The translations under genes were made by a program, and so were the position numbers. Shown piece after piece: positions 11,491 to 21,325 of a DNA stretch of 64,000 bases. A model generated the notes under the pieces. That model did no database searches. It was not told the origin of the DNA and saw only the letters and a list, made by a program, of their open reading frames with translations. Position 1 is the stretch's first letter. Each line of letters starts with the position of its first letter. This DNA is from an uncultured delta proteobacterium. GTDB taxonomy: Bacteria; Myxococcota; Myxococcia; Myxococcales; Myxococcaceae. The stretch is taken from assembly GCA_963796055.1 (NCBI GenBank), contig CAWCKH010000004.1, positions 2,048,001 to 2,112,000 of the forward strand, written 5' to 3'.

Positions 11491-11901
11491 ATGCAACGGT
11501 TGCTGACGGGAGTCGCAGTCGGGACGCTGCTCCTCGGAGGGACAGCACTTGCCGCCGAGGAAACGCTGGCCGACAGCCTCAGGAAAGCCTGCAACAAGGA
11601 GCTGACGTCATTCTGCAAGGGCGTGAAGGAGGGGGAGGGTCGCGTCCTCGCCTGCCTCTACGCGTTCCAGGACAGGGTCTCGGACAAGTGCGCCTACGCC
11701 GTCTACGACGCCGCCGACCAGCTCGAGCGCGCAGCAACGGCACTGAAGTATGCCGCCAACCAGTGCGGGCCGGATCTCAAGAAGTTCTGCGCGGACGTGA
11801 AGATGGGGGAGGGACGCGGGCTGGCCTGCCTGCAGAAGCACAAGAAGGACATCAGTCCCACCTGCACCGATGCGCTGAAGCAGACCGGACTGTCGAAGTG
11901 A
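11491..11901 (+). CDS. Secreted cysteine-rich repeat protein (GLG1/Cys_rich_FGFR-like repeats)
   Basis: Signal peptide ending ALA; two C-x7-C-x7-GR-x3-CL-x9-C repeats; RBS GGAGGG. Confidence 0.8.
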   Translation: MQRLLTGVAVGTLLLGGTALAAEETLADSLRKACNKELTSFCKGVKEGEGRVLACLYAFQDRVSDKCAYAVYDAADQLERAATALKYAANQCGPDLKKFCADVKMGEGRGLACLQKHKKDISPTCTDALKQTGLSK

Positions 11902-12139
11902 TCCAAGGAAGGACAACCCACGTCTTCGTCGTCGGACGCCGGGTCCAGCGGCGTCGCCCTCTCCTCGGAGAGGCGCGGGCGGACCGGGCTGGGGCGGCGC
12001 CGGGGCGGCAGGCGTGGGCAGGACGTTAGGGGCCGGGTTGGCGCTGGGAGCAGCGTAGCCCCCGCCGCCAGCCTCGCGGCGCTGACCGCGAATGGTCAGA
12101 GGAGGGAGGCCAGCTTCGAGGGCCAGGCGATTGCGCGAC

Positions 12140-12240
12140 TCAGTGCTCCAGCACCTTGGCGTGGCAGTAGCTGCACCCCCGTCCGGGAACGGTCACCGGA
12201 GGATCGTTGCTGGGGTCCCCGTCGCATCCCGCTGCTCGTT
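12140..12240 (-). pseudogene. Possible 3' remnant of a CxxCH (c-type heme-binding) protein gene
   Basis: AGCDGDPSNDPPVTVPGRGCSYCHAKVLEH*; upstream frame lacks coding character. Confidence 0.3.
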
Positions 12241-12326
12241 GAGTGTCGGACAGCGACTCTCTGACTCCGCGAACCGGCCTAAGGTCCTCGTGAAGGGAGC
12301 GCCACGCTCCCATCCCGAGGCTGCTG

Positions 12327-13121
12327 ATGCGGATCATCACCCTGCTGAGCGATTTCGGTCTCGAGGATGGCTACGTCGCTGCGATGAAGGGAGTCATCGC
12401 CGGCATCGCACCAGAGGCTCGCCTGGTGGATGTCACCCATCTGGTGCCTCCGCAGAACGTCGCCTCTGCTCGCTTCCGGCTGCTCACCGTCGCTCCCTTC
12501 TTTCCGCCGGGCACCGTCCATCTCGCAGTCGTGGACCCCGGTGTGGGGACGGCTCGCCGCTCGGTGGCGGTTCAGTCAACGAGCGGTTCGTGTTTCGTCG
12601 GTCCGGACAACGGGATCCTTCTCGGCGCGCTGGAGGCCGATCCCCCGTTGGCCGCGGTGGAGCTGTCCGAGCCGCGCTTCTGGCGAACGTCCACCCCGAG
12701 CGCGACCTTTCACGGACGGGACATCTTTTCCCCGGTCGCGGCGCACCTGGCCAGAGGTGTGGCTCTGGAATCCCTGGGGCCTGCCATCTCTCCGGCCGAG
12801 CTGGTGAAGCTCGAGCTTCCGCGCTGCGAAATGATTCAGGGCGGCGCGCAGGGAGCCGTTCAAGCGCTGGACCGATTCGGAAACTTGATCAGCAACGTGC
12901 CCGGGGCGCTTCTCACCGACCGCCGCGCGTGGACCGTCTCGATCGCCGGGCGCACCGTCACTGGCCACCGGACGTACGCCGATGTACGGCCCAACGAGGC
13001 GCTCGCTCTCGTGGGGAGCCACGGATTCGTCGAAATCGCCGTTCACCGGGGCGACGCGCGGCGCGTACTGGGCGCGGGATTTGGCGATCCACTGCAGATC
13101 CTCTGGACCGGACGGCTCTGA
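12327..13121 (+). CDS. DUF62-family SAM hydroxide adenosyltransferase (SAM hydrolase; fluorinase/chlorinase superfamily)
   Basis: TLLSDFG, HLAVVDPGVGT.RR, GPDNG, TFHGRDIF, DRFGN. Confidence 0.88.
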   Translation: MRIITLLSDFGLEDGYVAAMKGVIAGIAPEARLVDVTHLVPPQNVASARFRLLTVAPFFPPGTVHLAVVDPGVGTARRSVAVQSTSGSCFVGPDNGILLGALEADPPLAAVELSEPRFWRTSTPSATFHGRDIFSPVAAHLARGVALESLGPAISPAELVKLELPRCEMIQGGAQGAVQALDRFGNLISNVPGALLTDRRAWTVSIAGRTVTGHRTYADVRPNEALALVGSHGFVEIAVHRGDARRVLGAGFGDPLQILWTGRL

Positions 13122-13125
13122 AGGC

Positions 13126-13378
13126 TCAGAGGTGGGTGATAACGACTTTCCCGAAAGGCCGCGCGGCCTGGTAGTACCGGTACGCCTCGGGCGCCTCGGC
13201 GAAGGGGAACACCCGGTCGATCACCGGCCGGAGACGATGCTCCACGATAGCCGAGGGTCAGCACGGTTTCGCCGGCGCGGAGACCTCGTCCACCGGTCAG
13301 GGCGTTCCAGGCGGTGACCGCCGCACAGGGCAGGGTCGCGCCCTCTTCGAAGGAGAGGTGATCGGGGAGTTGGACCAC
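13126..13378 (-). pseudogene. Internally deleted MDR-family (zinc-type alcohol dehydrogenase/quinone reductase) remnant
   Basis: PDHLSFEEGATLPCAAVTAWNAL..GETVLTLG joined out of frame to LRPVIDRVFPFAEAPEAY..FGKVVI*. Confidence 0.75.
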
Positions 13379-13559
13379 TGGCGCTGATCACCACCTTGAC
13401 GTCCTTCGCCACCGCCACCGATGTCACTCTCGCCGAGCTCCAGCTGGAAGCATTCCTGCCCGCCGATGAGGCCACCGCCCGCATTCTCCGCCAGCGTCTC
13501 ATCCACCACACCGCGCAGGGCTCGACGGAAGCCCGACACGCATCGACGGAGGCCACTAG
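13373..13559 (+). pseudogene. 3' remnant of a MmyB-like XRE regulator ligand-binding domain
   Basis: GPLALITTLTSFATATDVTLAELQLEAFLPADEATAR; no N-terminus. Confidence 0.6.
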
Positions 13560-13658
13560 GAGCCTGTAGCTCATCGCTGACTGCGGCCGCCCGGACCTCG
13601 CCGTCTGCGTGCCACCTGACGACACCCTGACCCAGATCTCGACTGCGGCCGCCCTGAC

Positions 13659-14081
13659 CTAGAGGCGCGTCAGCAGCGCCTCCGCGCCCCAGGCCAAGCC
13701 CTCACCCTGAGCTCGCTCCGACAACCGGCACCCGAAGTCCTCCGCCTCGATCAGCTGGCGAATCTCGACCTCACCGTCCTGGAAGGGCGCGCGCTTGAGC
13801 CACTCGATCGCCTCATCCTTGGATTTCAACTCCCAGATCCAGAAGCCACCGATCAGTTCCTCCGACTCCGCGAACGGACCGTCGATCACGGTCCGCTTCG
13901 AGCCCTCGAACTTCACTCTGGCTCCTTTCGAGCTGGCCTCGAGCCCCTCGGCCACGACCATCACCCCGGCCCTGACCAGCTGGTCGTCGAACTTGGCGAT
14001 CTCCGTGAGGACCTCGTCCTCGGGAAGCTTCCCCGCCTCCGAATCCTTGTTCGCCTTCACGATCACCATGAATCGCATCAT
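13659..14081 (-). CDS. YciI/DGPF-family protein
   Basis: MRFMVIVKA..SEAG, IDGPFAESEELIGGFW, EVEIRQ; RBS GGAGG. Confidence 0.85.
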   Translation of the reverse strand: MMRFMVIVKANKDSEAGKLPEDEVLTEIAKFDDQLVRAGVMVVAEGLEASSKGARVKFEGSKRTVIDGPFAESEELIGGFWIWELKSKDEAIEWLKRAPFQDGEVEIRQLIEAEDFGCRLSERAQGEGLAWGAEALLTRL

Positions 14082-14287
14082 CGCCTCCCTTTCATTCGGG
14101 TCTGGAGGCCGCAACGTCGGCGCCCACCCTGTCGTGCCGGGACGGCGAAGGTCGAGACCCTGAATCCCTTCTGTCAGCGACCGCACGGATGTCAACCCCA
14201 TCGGGTCCCCACGGCCGAGAAGCGCCGGATTGGCGCTGGGAGCATCATGGCCCCTGCGGTCCGCCGAGCGGCGCCGACCGGGAGCGG

Positions 14288-15115
14288 TCAGGCGACGCTG
14301 CGCTCGGTGGCCACCATCGGCGCCGGCACCATCACCGGCACCCGCCGCGGCCCCCAGGCCCGGGCCGGATCCGCCCACAGCCAGCGGGGGACGATGCGCA
14401 TCTGCCCGGCCTCGTGGGTGAAGACCCGCAGGCGCCCCAGCTCGGTCGAGCTGCCGGCGTTGTAGAGCGCCAGCGGCCGCGAGCTGTCGGTGAAGAGGTG
14501 GATCTCCCGCGGGACGTGGCGGTGGCCGTGCAGCACCAGGTCGCACCGGCCCTTCACCCGCTCCAGCAGCTCGCGCCCGAGCTGCAGCTCGTTCGAATAG
14601 GGCAGCCGCAGCCGCTCGCTCATCCGCTCCAGCCAGCTCTCCACCGGGAGCGCCACCAGGTGGTGGTGCATCAGGACCGCCACCAGCGACCGCTCCGGCG
14701 CGGCGTCCAGCGCCGCGTCCACCTCGTCGAGCATCCGGCGGGTGAGCTCGCCGTGGCACGCCCAGTAGCTCCGGTTGTGCTCGGCCGTCGAGTCCACCAG
14801 GACCAGGTACAGGCCGGGATGCTCCTCCACCGCCACCCGGCGGCCCTTCATCAGTGCCCGGCCTGCATCGTCACCCACCCGGTCGTGGTTCCCCGGGACG
14901 ACCGTCAGCCGTCCCTGCCGGAGCAGCGGGGCGAACACGTCCAGGAAGAGGGACATCTCCACGTCCCGACCCTTGTTGGTGATGTCGCCGGTGACCACCA
15001 CGTGGTCGATGGCGGAGTCGATCAGGGCCTGGCAGAGTGCCCGCGCCATCGCCTCGCGCGCTGGCCCCTGCCCGAAGTGCAGGTCGGAGAGGTGCGCCAG
15101 CGTGTGCAAACTCAT
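14288..15115 (-). CDS. Calcineurin-like metallophosphoesterase
   Basis: SDLH, TGDIT, PGNHD, MHHH, HGHRH. Confidence 0.9.
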   Translation of the reverse strand: MSLHTLAHLSDLHFGQGPAREAMARALCQALIDSAIDHVVVTGDITNKGRDVEMSLFLDVFAPLLRQGRLTVVPGNHDRVGDDAGRALMKGRRVAVEEHPGLYLVLVDSTAEHNRSYWACHGELTRRMLDEVDAALDAAPERSLVAVLMHHHLVALPVESWLERMSERLRLPYSNELQLGRELLERVKGRCDLVLHGHRHVPREIHLFTDSSRPLALYNAGSSTELGRLRVFTHEAGQMRIVPRWLWADPARAWGPRRVPVMVPAPMVATERSVA

Positions 15116-16353
15116 GCCCTCAGATCTGACATCACCGCCGCGGCGGGACCGTGGAGTGGCGGCAAATTCTCGGAGAAACCGGTGACAGACGGATCTCCGG
15201 ACGGCGTCGGATCCGCGAGCGGCATCAGCCGGCTCCCGGAGTGCACCCTGAGCCGGTTCCCGCGCCAGACCACCGTCCGGGCGAACAGCCCATACACCCA
15301 TGTCACGAACAGCAAGACATCCTTCATCCACACCACCCCGAAGGCCCGCCAGCTGAACAGCTCCCGCCGGAGCCGGCTGAAGGCCACCGCATCCAGGGTG
15401 GGCTTGAGCACCGCGCAGACCGCGAGGGTGGCCGCGGCACCCGACGTCGGCCGCAGCGCGTAGCCGATGACCGCCAGTGGGATGGGGTTGAGCAGCGACT
15501 CGGCGAGGTAGGTGGGGAAGCTGATCGCCGTCCGGTGGATGACGCTCCACCGCAGGTAGCGGCGGAAGAAGTGACCCACGCTCTTCTCCACCGCGATGTT
15601 CCACACCGGCAGGCTGGACACCGCCACCCCGGCGTTGAGCTCGCGTCGGATGCGGTTGCCGAGCGCGTGGTCCTCGGCGAGCACGTTGGCCACCGACTCG
15701 AAGCCTCCGAGCAGCTCGAGGTCGTGACGCCAGAGCGCCATCGACTTGCCCACCACCAGGGGCTTCCCCGCCACCCGCTTGGCCGCGACCATCCCCGTGG
15801 CCACCGTCGAGGCCAGGTGCACGTTGTCCAGGAAGGCGCCGAGCGTCCTCTGGCCCGCGCCGCCGATCGGATGGGTGACGCAGCCCACCCCGGTCCGCGC
15901 CAGGTGCGCGGCGATGTCGGCGAGGTACGCCCCGGGCACCCGGATGTTGGAGTCGCTGACCACCAGCAGGGCGTGCCGCGCCGCCTGCGCCATTCCCACC
16001 AGCTGGTTCACCTTCGGGTTGAGGCCGACCTCGCGCTCCTGCCGCACCAGACGCATCCGGTGCGGCCACCGGCGCACCGCCTCCTCGGCGATCGGCCACG
16101 CCGCGTCCTCGGGCGAGCGCACCCCGAGGACGACCTCGTACTCACCGGCGTAGGGCAGCTCGGCGAAGGAGGCCAGGTTCGCCGCCAGCTCGTCGTCGGC
16201 CCCGCAGAGGGGCTTGAGCACCGAGATGCCTGGCCAGCTGGTGGGCACCAGCCCCGGGCGGCGCACATGCCAGACGGTGAGGCCGAGCATGATGGCCAGC
16301 GCCGCCACCCCGACCACCGAGGCGGCGAGGAGCACGAGTCCGAGGGTCGCCAT
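15112..16353 (-). CDS. GT21 ceramide-glucosyltransferase/HpnI-like glycosyltransferase
   Basis: N-terminal TM, SVLKPLCG, NPKV, SDSN, LAEDH, RYLRW, C-terminal VVWRG. Confidence 0.85.
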   Translation of the reverse strand: MATLGLVLLAASVVGVAALAIMLGLTVWHVRRPGLVPTSWPGISVLKPLCGADDELAANLASFAELPYAGEYEVVLGVRSPEDAAWPIAEEAVRRWPHRMRLVRQEREVGLNPKVNQLVGMAQAARHALLVVSDSNIRVPGAYLADIAAHLARTGVGCVTHPIGGAGQRTLGAFLDNVHLASTVATGMVAAKRVAGKPLVVGKSMALWRHDLELLGGFESVANVLAEDHALGNRIRRELNAGVAVSSLPVWNIAVEKSVGHFFRRYLRWSVIHRTAISFPTYLAESLLNPIPLAVIGYALRPTSGAAATLAVCAVLKPTLDAVAFSRLRRELFSWRAFGVVWMKDVLLFVTWVYGLFARTVVWRGNRLRVHSGSRLMPLADPTPSGDPSVTGFSENLPPLHGPAAAVMSDLRA

Positions 16354-16579
16354 GACTGCGGTCCGATCTCCTGACGGGCGGCTCGGGAGCACGCCGCCGA
16401 TGCACCGGCGGGGCCCTGGAGCGGTCGCCCTGCTCCGAGGTCGGAAGACCATTGTGACGTCGGTGTGGAACGGATCCGAGGAGCCCCGGAAACACCTTTG
16501 TGAGGGGGGTGGCTGGACGGCGGACCCGCAAGTGATCTGGAATCGACAGCGAATCGCAGGTCGAAAGGACGTTTCCCCG

Positions 16580-16726
16580 GTGCTTCTCGCTGCCACGTCG
16601 ACCCTCCCGGTGTCCCCGTCGGACCTCCTCGCTCCGCTTGCCGCTGCCGCGGCGCTGCTACTGCTGAGACTTGTGGGTCGACCGGCGCCAGTGTGGGTGC
16701 GGCGCCGCAACAACCGTCGTCGCTGA
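16580..16726 (+). CDS. Putative small membrane protein (48 aa)
   Basis: AAAGGA about 10 nt before GTG; hydrophobic helix followed by an Arg-rich tail. Confidence 0.3.
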   Translation: MLLAATSTLPVSPSDLLAPLAAAAALLLLRLVGRPAPVWVRRRNNRRR

Positions 16727-16735
16727 CGGGTCCCG

Positions 16736-17275
16736 TCAGCGAAACGGTCGCAGCACCTCGCCGCGGTGACCGGCCGCGCGGAGCACCAGCCCCTCCCGGG
16801 CCCGTCGCGCCGCCGAGGGCCCGATGAGCCACCCCACCGGCTCGCTCCTGCGGCAGTTCTTCTTCAGCCAGCCCTCCAGGTCCGCGAACCGCCGCCGGAA
16901 GCGGTCCGGCGCCGCATCCCGCCGTCCCGTCTGCGGGGTGACGTCCAGCTCGGCCCAGAGCTGCCCGGCGACCAGCGCGCCGTCCTCGTCCAGTGTCGAG
17001 CGCTCCCAGAAGACGACCGGAGAACGCACCTCGTCGACCCGCCAGTGGCCCCTGTCCGGGCCGCGCTTCACCCGGTCCACCAGCACCGGCCCGAGGTCCG
17101 ACGCTGCGAGGTAGAGCTCGGGCGGGAGCCGGTCCTGCGCCTCGGCCGTGGCAACGAATGGTTTCCAGTCCGGGGGCACCCGCCGCGGGTACACCTCGTA
17201 CGGGGTCTGGGTGAGGAAGCGAAGGAAGGCGCGCTCGTCCTCGGTGTCGAGCAGCGGTTTGAGCACGTTGGCCAT
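16736..17275 (-). CDS. Hypothetical protein
   Basis: 179-aa ORF with typical codon bias and globular composition. Confidence 0.6.
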   Translation of the reverse strand: MANVLKPLLDTEDERAFLRFLTQTPYEVYPRRVPPDWKPFVATAEAQDRLPPELYLAASDLGPVLVDRVKRGPDRGHWRVDEVRSPVVFWERSTLDEDGALVAGQLWAELDVTPQTGRRDAAPDRFRRRFADLEGWLKKNCRRSEPVGWLIGPSAARRAREGLVLRAAGHRGEVLRPFR

Positions 17276-17372
17276 CGGACGGGCGGCACCGTGCCGGTCG
17301 ACGGCGCCGGGTGCAAGCGCTTGCAGACGGCGTTTGCCCGAGGGCCACCCGGGCGGTCACACTCCCCGGAAC

Positions 17373-18881
17373 GTGTCGGATCCGGCCCTGGACGCGCTGC
17401 GCGCGCGCATGCACGAGCTGAAGGACCTGGGGGGAATCCTCGGCCTCATGACCTGGGACCAGGAGACCTACCTGCCGTCGAAGGCGGGGCCGGCCCGCGC
17501 CGCCCAGCTGGCCACGCTCCAGGGGCTCTACCACCAGCGGCTGGTGGCCCCGGAGGTGGGGGAATGGCTGGAGCGGGCAGAGCGGGCCGCGCTCGACCCC
17601 GACACCCGGGCGATGCTCAAGGTGTTCCGGCGGGAGCGAGACCATGCGGTTCGGGTCCCCGAGTCCCTGGTCCGGGCGCTGGCCGAGGCGCAGTCCACCG
17701 GGCTCGATGCCTGGCGCCAGGCCCGGGCCGATCGTGCCTTCGCCTCCTTCGCCCCCGCGCTCGCCCGGCTCCTCGATCTGCGCCGCGAGCAGGCCGATGC
17801 CATCGGGCACGGGGGCGAGCGGTACGACGCGCTGCTCGACCATTTCGAGCCGGAGATGACCACCGCCCGTCTTCTTCCAGTATTGGAGCGGCTCCGGGCC
17901 GCGCTCGTCCCCCTGGTGGATGCGCTCGACGGGAGCATCGAGGGGCCGGAGATCTTCGATGGCCGGGTGTTCGACCCCGAGCAGCAATGGCGCTTCACGC
18001 TCGAGCTGCTGGAGCTGCTGGGTTTCGACCTCGGTGCTGGACGACAGGACCGGAGCGTCCATCCCTTCACCGGCGGGACGCATCCCACGGACGTGCGCCT
18101 CACCACCCGCATCGACCCGAGGAATCCCTCGCCCGCGGTGTTCGGCACCCTCCACGAGTTCGGCCACGGCCTGTACGAGCAGGGCTTTCTCCCCGAGCAC
18201 CACCGGACTCCCCTGGCCGCCTCGCCGTCGATGGGCCTGCACGAGTCGCAATCCCGCCTCTGGGAGAACCTGGTGGGCCGCAGCCTCCCCTTCTGGGGGT
18301 TCCTCTTCCCGCGGCTCAAGGCGGCCTTCCCCGAGGTGCTGGCGGGGGTGGAGCTGGAGGGGTTCCACCGGGCCATCAACCGGGTCCGGCGCTCGCCCAT
18401 CCGGGTCGAGGCGGACGAGGTCACCTACAACCTGCACATCGTGCTCCGCACCGCCCTGGAGGTCCGGCTGCTGCGGGACGAGCTGGCGGTGGAGGACCTG
18501 CCCGAGGCCTGGAACGCCGAGATGGAGCGCACGGTAGGGCTCCGGCCACGCGACGACGTGGAAGGGGTGCTCCAGGACATCCACTGGGCCCACGGCGAGT
18601 TCGGTTATTTCCCGACTTATGCTCTCGGAAACCTGTACTCGGCATCGCTGATGCGGGTCGCCGAGCGGGTGCTCCCCAACCTCTGGGACGAGGTGGCGCA
18701 GGGCGAGCTGGGCTCACTCCGCGCCTGGCTCGCCGAGCACGTCCACCGACACGGTGCCCGGGGGTCGGCCGAGGAGCGGGTCCAGGCCGTCACCGGGCAC
18801 GGACTCACCGACGCAGACTTCCTCGCCTACCTCCGGGCGAAGTACGGCGCTCTCTCCGGCCGGACACTCCCCTCGAGCTGA
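17373..18881 (+). CDS. Carboxypeptidase Taq (M32 metallopeptidase)
   Basis: WDQET, HPF, HEFGH, HESQS, IRVEADE, GVLQDIHW, GYFPTY. Confidence 0.93.
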   Translation: MSDPALDALRARMHELKDLGGILGLMTWDQETYLPSKAGPARAAQLATLQGLYHQRLVAPEVGEWLERAERAALDPDTRAMLKVFRRERDHAVRVPESLVRALAEAQSTGLDAWRQARADRAFASFAPALARLLDLRREQADAIGHGGERYDALLDHFEPEMTTARLLPVLERLRAALVPLVDALDGSIEGPEIFDGRVFDPEQQWRFTLELLELLGFDLGAGRQDRSVHPFTGGTHPTDVRLTTRIDPRNPSPAVFGTLHEFGHGLYEQGFLPEHHRTPLAASPSMGLHESQSRLWENLVGRSLPFWGFLFPRLKAAFPEVLAGVELEGFHRAINRVRRSPIRVEADEVTYNLHIVLRTALEVRLLRDELAVEDLPEAWNAEMERTVGLRPRDDVEGVLQDIHWAHGEFGYFPTYALGNLYSASLMRVAERVLPNLWDEVAQGELGSLRAWLAEHVHRHGARGSAEERVQAVTGHGLTDADFLAYLRAKYGALSGRTLPSS

Positions 18882-18924
18882 GGCGTCCCGGATCCGGCTG
18901 GACGCAGCGCCACTCAGCGACGTC

Positions 18925-19731
18925 TCAAAGCCCGAGCACGTGCTCTCCGCCGCGTGCCGTCTCGGCCGTCACCCGCACCCAGTCGGCGACCTCCGGAGCG
19001 CTCGCCGGGACCGGCGAGGTCCGGGACCGCACCACCCTCACGCCGCTCGCCGCCGCTCCGTCCGGATCCTGCATCGCGAAGCCGAAGGCCCCGGAGCTGC
19101 TCTTCCACCGGGCGACCACCACCCCCCGCACCACCACGCGCCGTCCGGGCACCCAGCCCGCCACGAGCTGGCGAACGTCATTCGAGGATGGAGCGGGCGT
19201 TCCCTCCGGCGGCCCGGGTCCATCCAGGTCATCGCAGCTGGCCAGCGCCACCACCGAGAGCGCTGCGGCGCCCGAGGTGCGCTGCTGCCAGATGCCGGAG
19301 AGGGAGGCCACCCGCGTTCCCTCCGCCCAGCGGGATCGGCAGCTCGGCTTCGCCCCCAGATACGCGTACGCGTCGATGGCGATGGTCTGCCCGCGCCCGT
19401 CGACCACCGCGAAGCCGTCGCAGTAGCTCCCGCTGGGCACCGCGCAGGGGACGGTCCGGATCTGCCCGCTCAGGTCCACGTGCACCCGCATGTCGCTGAA
19501 CGGTCCCGGTCCGGCATCGGGCCGCAGCTCGATTGCGTCGGCGAGATGGCTGGGCGGCAGCGCCCGGCCGCGCTCCAGCACCTCGAGTCCCGGCCCACGC
19601 TCCGGGGACCAGATGCCTCCATCGCCTGCGGCCGGGGAGGCGTCCTCGTCGGGAGATGGCGGCGTCTCGCCACCCGAACACCCGGTGCACCCCACCGACC
19701 CGATCAGCAGCAAGACCGCGCAGATCCGCAT
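18925..19731 (-). CDS. Hypothetical lipoprotein, possibly with OB-fold-like domains
   Basis: Signal MRICAVLLLIGSVGC; C-terminal VVVRGVVVA..FAMQD..SGVRV resembles OB-folds of secreted nucleases. Confidence 0.5.
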   Translation of the reverse strand: MRICAVLLLIGSVGCTGCSGGETPPSPDEDASPAAGDGGIWSPERGPGLEVLERGRALPPSHLADAIELRPDAGPGPFSDMRVHVDLSGQIRTVPCAVPSGSYCDGFAVVDGRGQTIAIDAYAYLGAKPSCRSRWAEGTRVASLSGIWQQRTSGAAALSVVALASCDDLDGPGPPEGTPAPSSNDVRQLVAGWVPGRRVVVRGVVVARWKSSSGAFGFAMQDPDGAAASGVRVVRSRTSPVPASAPEVADWVRVTAETARGGEHVLGL

Positions 19732-19917
19732 CCCCGTCCTCCCGGGGGAGGCACCGAAGCAAGCCGCGGTCCAGTCCTTGCGACGCTCCCTGGCGTCACC
19801 CGCCAGAGTTACTACAGACAACGCCCGGGAACGGCGGATCTTCGGGGATTCCGGGCAGGCGGACTCGGCAGTCCTTCCCCTGACCCCGCACCGGAGCGAC
19901 ACTGGCGCGTTCGGCCC

Positions 19918-20095
19918 GGACGCGGCGAAGGCCAAGCCCTTCCCCCCGGGAGCTTCGCCGTCGCTCCGGCCAAGATGAACCACTACGCCCCTGGCGAAGA
20001 CCGCGGCCATCGTGGACGTCGCGGCCATCGGTCCCTTTGCCCTGACCTACGTGAACCCGGCCGACGATCCGACCAAGAAGACCGCCACCAAGTGA
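19918..20095 (+). pseudogene. 3' remnant of a cupin-domain gene
   Basis: PGSFAVAPAKMNHYA / ..GPFALTYVNPADDP..* across frameshifts. Confidence 0.55.
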
Positions 20096-20138
20096 CCGGG
20101 CTGCCGGCCGCGCTCAAGCCGCACACCCTCGCCGGGAC

Positions 20139-21281
20139 TCAGGCCTCTGCCAGCACCCGGAGCAGCTGCTCTCCGTAGAGCCGCGCCCGCTTCTCTCCCA
20201 GGTACGGAACCCGCCCGAGCGCCTCGAGGTCGGGCGGGGGGCTGGCCGCGAGCTGCTCGACCAGCGGGTTGGGCAGCACCACGCTCGGGGTCACGCCGCG
20301 CCCGGTGGCTTTCGCGGCCCGGAAGTTCTTGAGCGCCTCCTCGCGCCGGCGCCGGCCGGGGTCGCGGGTGGTGGCGAATGGTGCCGGGAGCTCGCCGCGC
20401 TCGGCAGCCGCCCGGAGCTCGGTGAGGAGGGCCAGCACCTCGTCCCCGTGCTCCCGCACCACCTGGCCGCGCACTCCCTGCGTGCGCGACAGCGCCCGTC
20501 GGTCCCGGGGGGCCCGGGTCACCAGCTCCTGGATGGCCGAATTGGAGAGCATCCGTCCCATCGGCACGTCCGCTGCCTCCGCCCAGGCGAGCCGCAGGGC
20601 ATGGAGCCGCGCCCCGGCGGCGAGCTGGAAGGCCTGCTCCGCCGGGGGCAGGGTGCGCGAAATCTTCATCGCGAACGGCGCCACCACCGGACGGGCCACC
20701 GCCTCGTCGGTCAGCCGCTCGCAGTCGAGCTGCACCTCCTCGACGATGTCTGCCGCCTCCACCGCCGCGCGCACCAGCCGCCCCAGCTCGGTGAGGTAGC
20801 GCACGTCGTCGGCGATGTACGTCCGCATCTGCGGAGGCAGCGGCCGGATGGAGAAATCCGACTGCTGGTGCGCCTTGTCCAGCGTCACTCCCAGCCGTTC
20901 GGAGACCAGGTCCGCGAGCCCCACCTTGGGCCAGCCGAGCAGGGTGGCCGCGCGGTGGGTGTCGAAGAGGCCGCGCACCCGCACGCCCGCCTCGGCGAGG
21001 AACTGGAGATCTCCCTGGGCGGCATGGAAGACCTTGGTCCGGAGCGGGTCGGCGAACAGGCCGGCCATCGCCGAGGCCTCCACCCCGGGGGCCAGTGTGT
21101 CCAGCAGCCAGATGTCCCGGTCGGTGCCAATCTGGAGGAAGCACAGCCGGGCGCGGAAGGCGTGCATCGCATCGGCCTCCAGGTCCACGGCGAAGAGCGG
21201 GTCCGGCTCGAGCGCCCGGACCACGCCCTCTGTCCCGGGGGGGTCGGTCACATCGTGAATGGGTTGGCCGAAGGGCGTCAC
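20139..21281 (-). CDS. rnd: Ribonuclease D
   Basis: AVDLEAD, FHAAQGD, FDTH, YIADDV, followed by two HRDC-like domains. Confidence 0.88.
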   Translation of the reverse strand: MTPFGQPIHDVTDPPGTEGVVRALEPDPLFAVDLEADAMHAFRARLCFLQIGTDRDIWLLDTLAPGVEASAMAGLFADPLRTKVFHAAQGDLQFLAEAGVRVRGLFDTHRAATLLGWPKVGLADLVSERLGVTLDKAHQQSDFSIRPLPPQMRTYIADDVRYLTELGRLVRAAVEAADIVEEVQLDCERLTDEAVARPVVAPFAMKISRTLPPAEQAFQLAAGARLHALRLAWAEAADVPMGRMLSNSAIQELVTRAPRDRRALSRTQGVRGQVVREHGDEVLALLTELRAAAERGELPAPFATTRDPGRRRREEALKNFRAAKATGRGVTPSVVLPNPLVEQLAASPPPDLEALGRVPYLGEKRARLYGEQLLRVLAEA

Positions 21282-21325
21282 GGAGGGTCGTCTTTTACAG
21301 CGGAGATCTCTAGGATGCCGGCCGC

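Noticed and set aside
12250..12326. c-di-GMP-I or fluoride riboswitch upstream of the DUF62 gene
   Set aside because: Only short matches (CCGGCCTAAG, GCTGATG); the other conserved stems and motifs are absent.
12327..13121. Fluorinase/chlorinase (halogenase)
   Set aside because: It has the DPGVG..R and TFHGRD residues of DUF62 SAM hydrolases, not the halogenase-type residues, and there is no biosynthetic cluster around it.
16008..19426. Very long overlapping ORFs (e.g. 16008-18593 minus, 16766-19426 plus, 46686-49247 plus)
   Set aside because: Arg/Pro/Gly-rich shadow frames of real genes, expected at this GC content.
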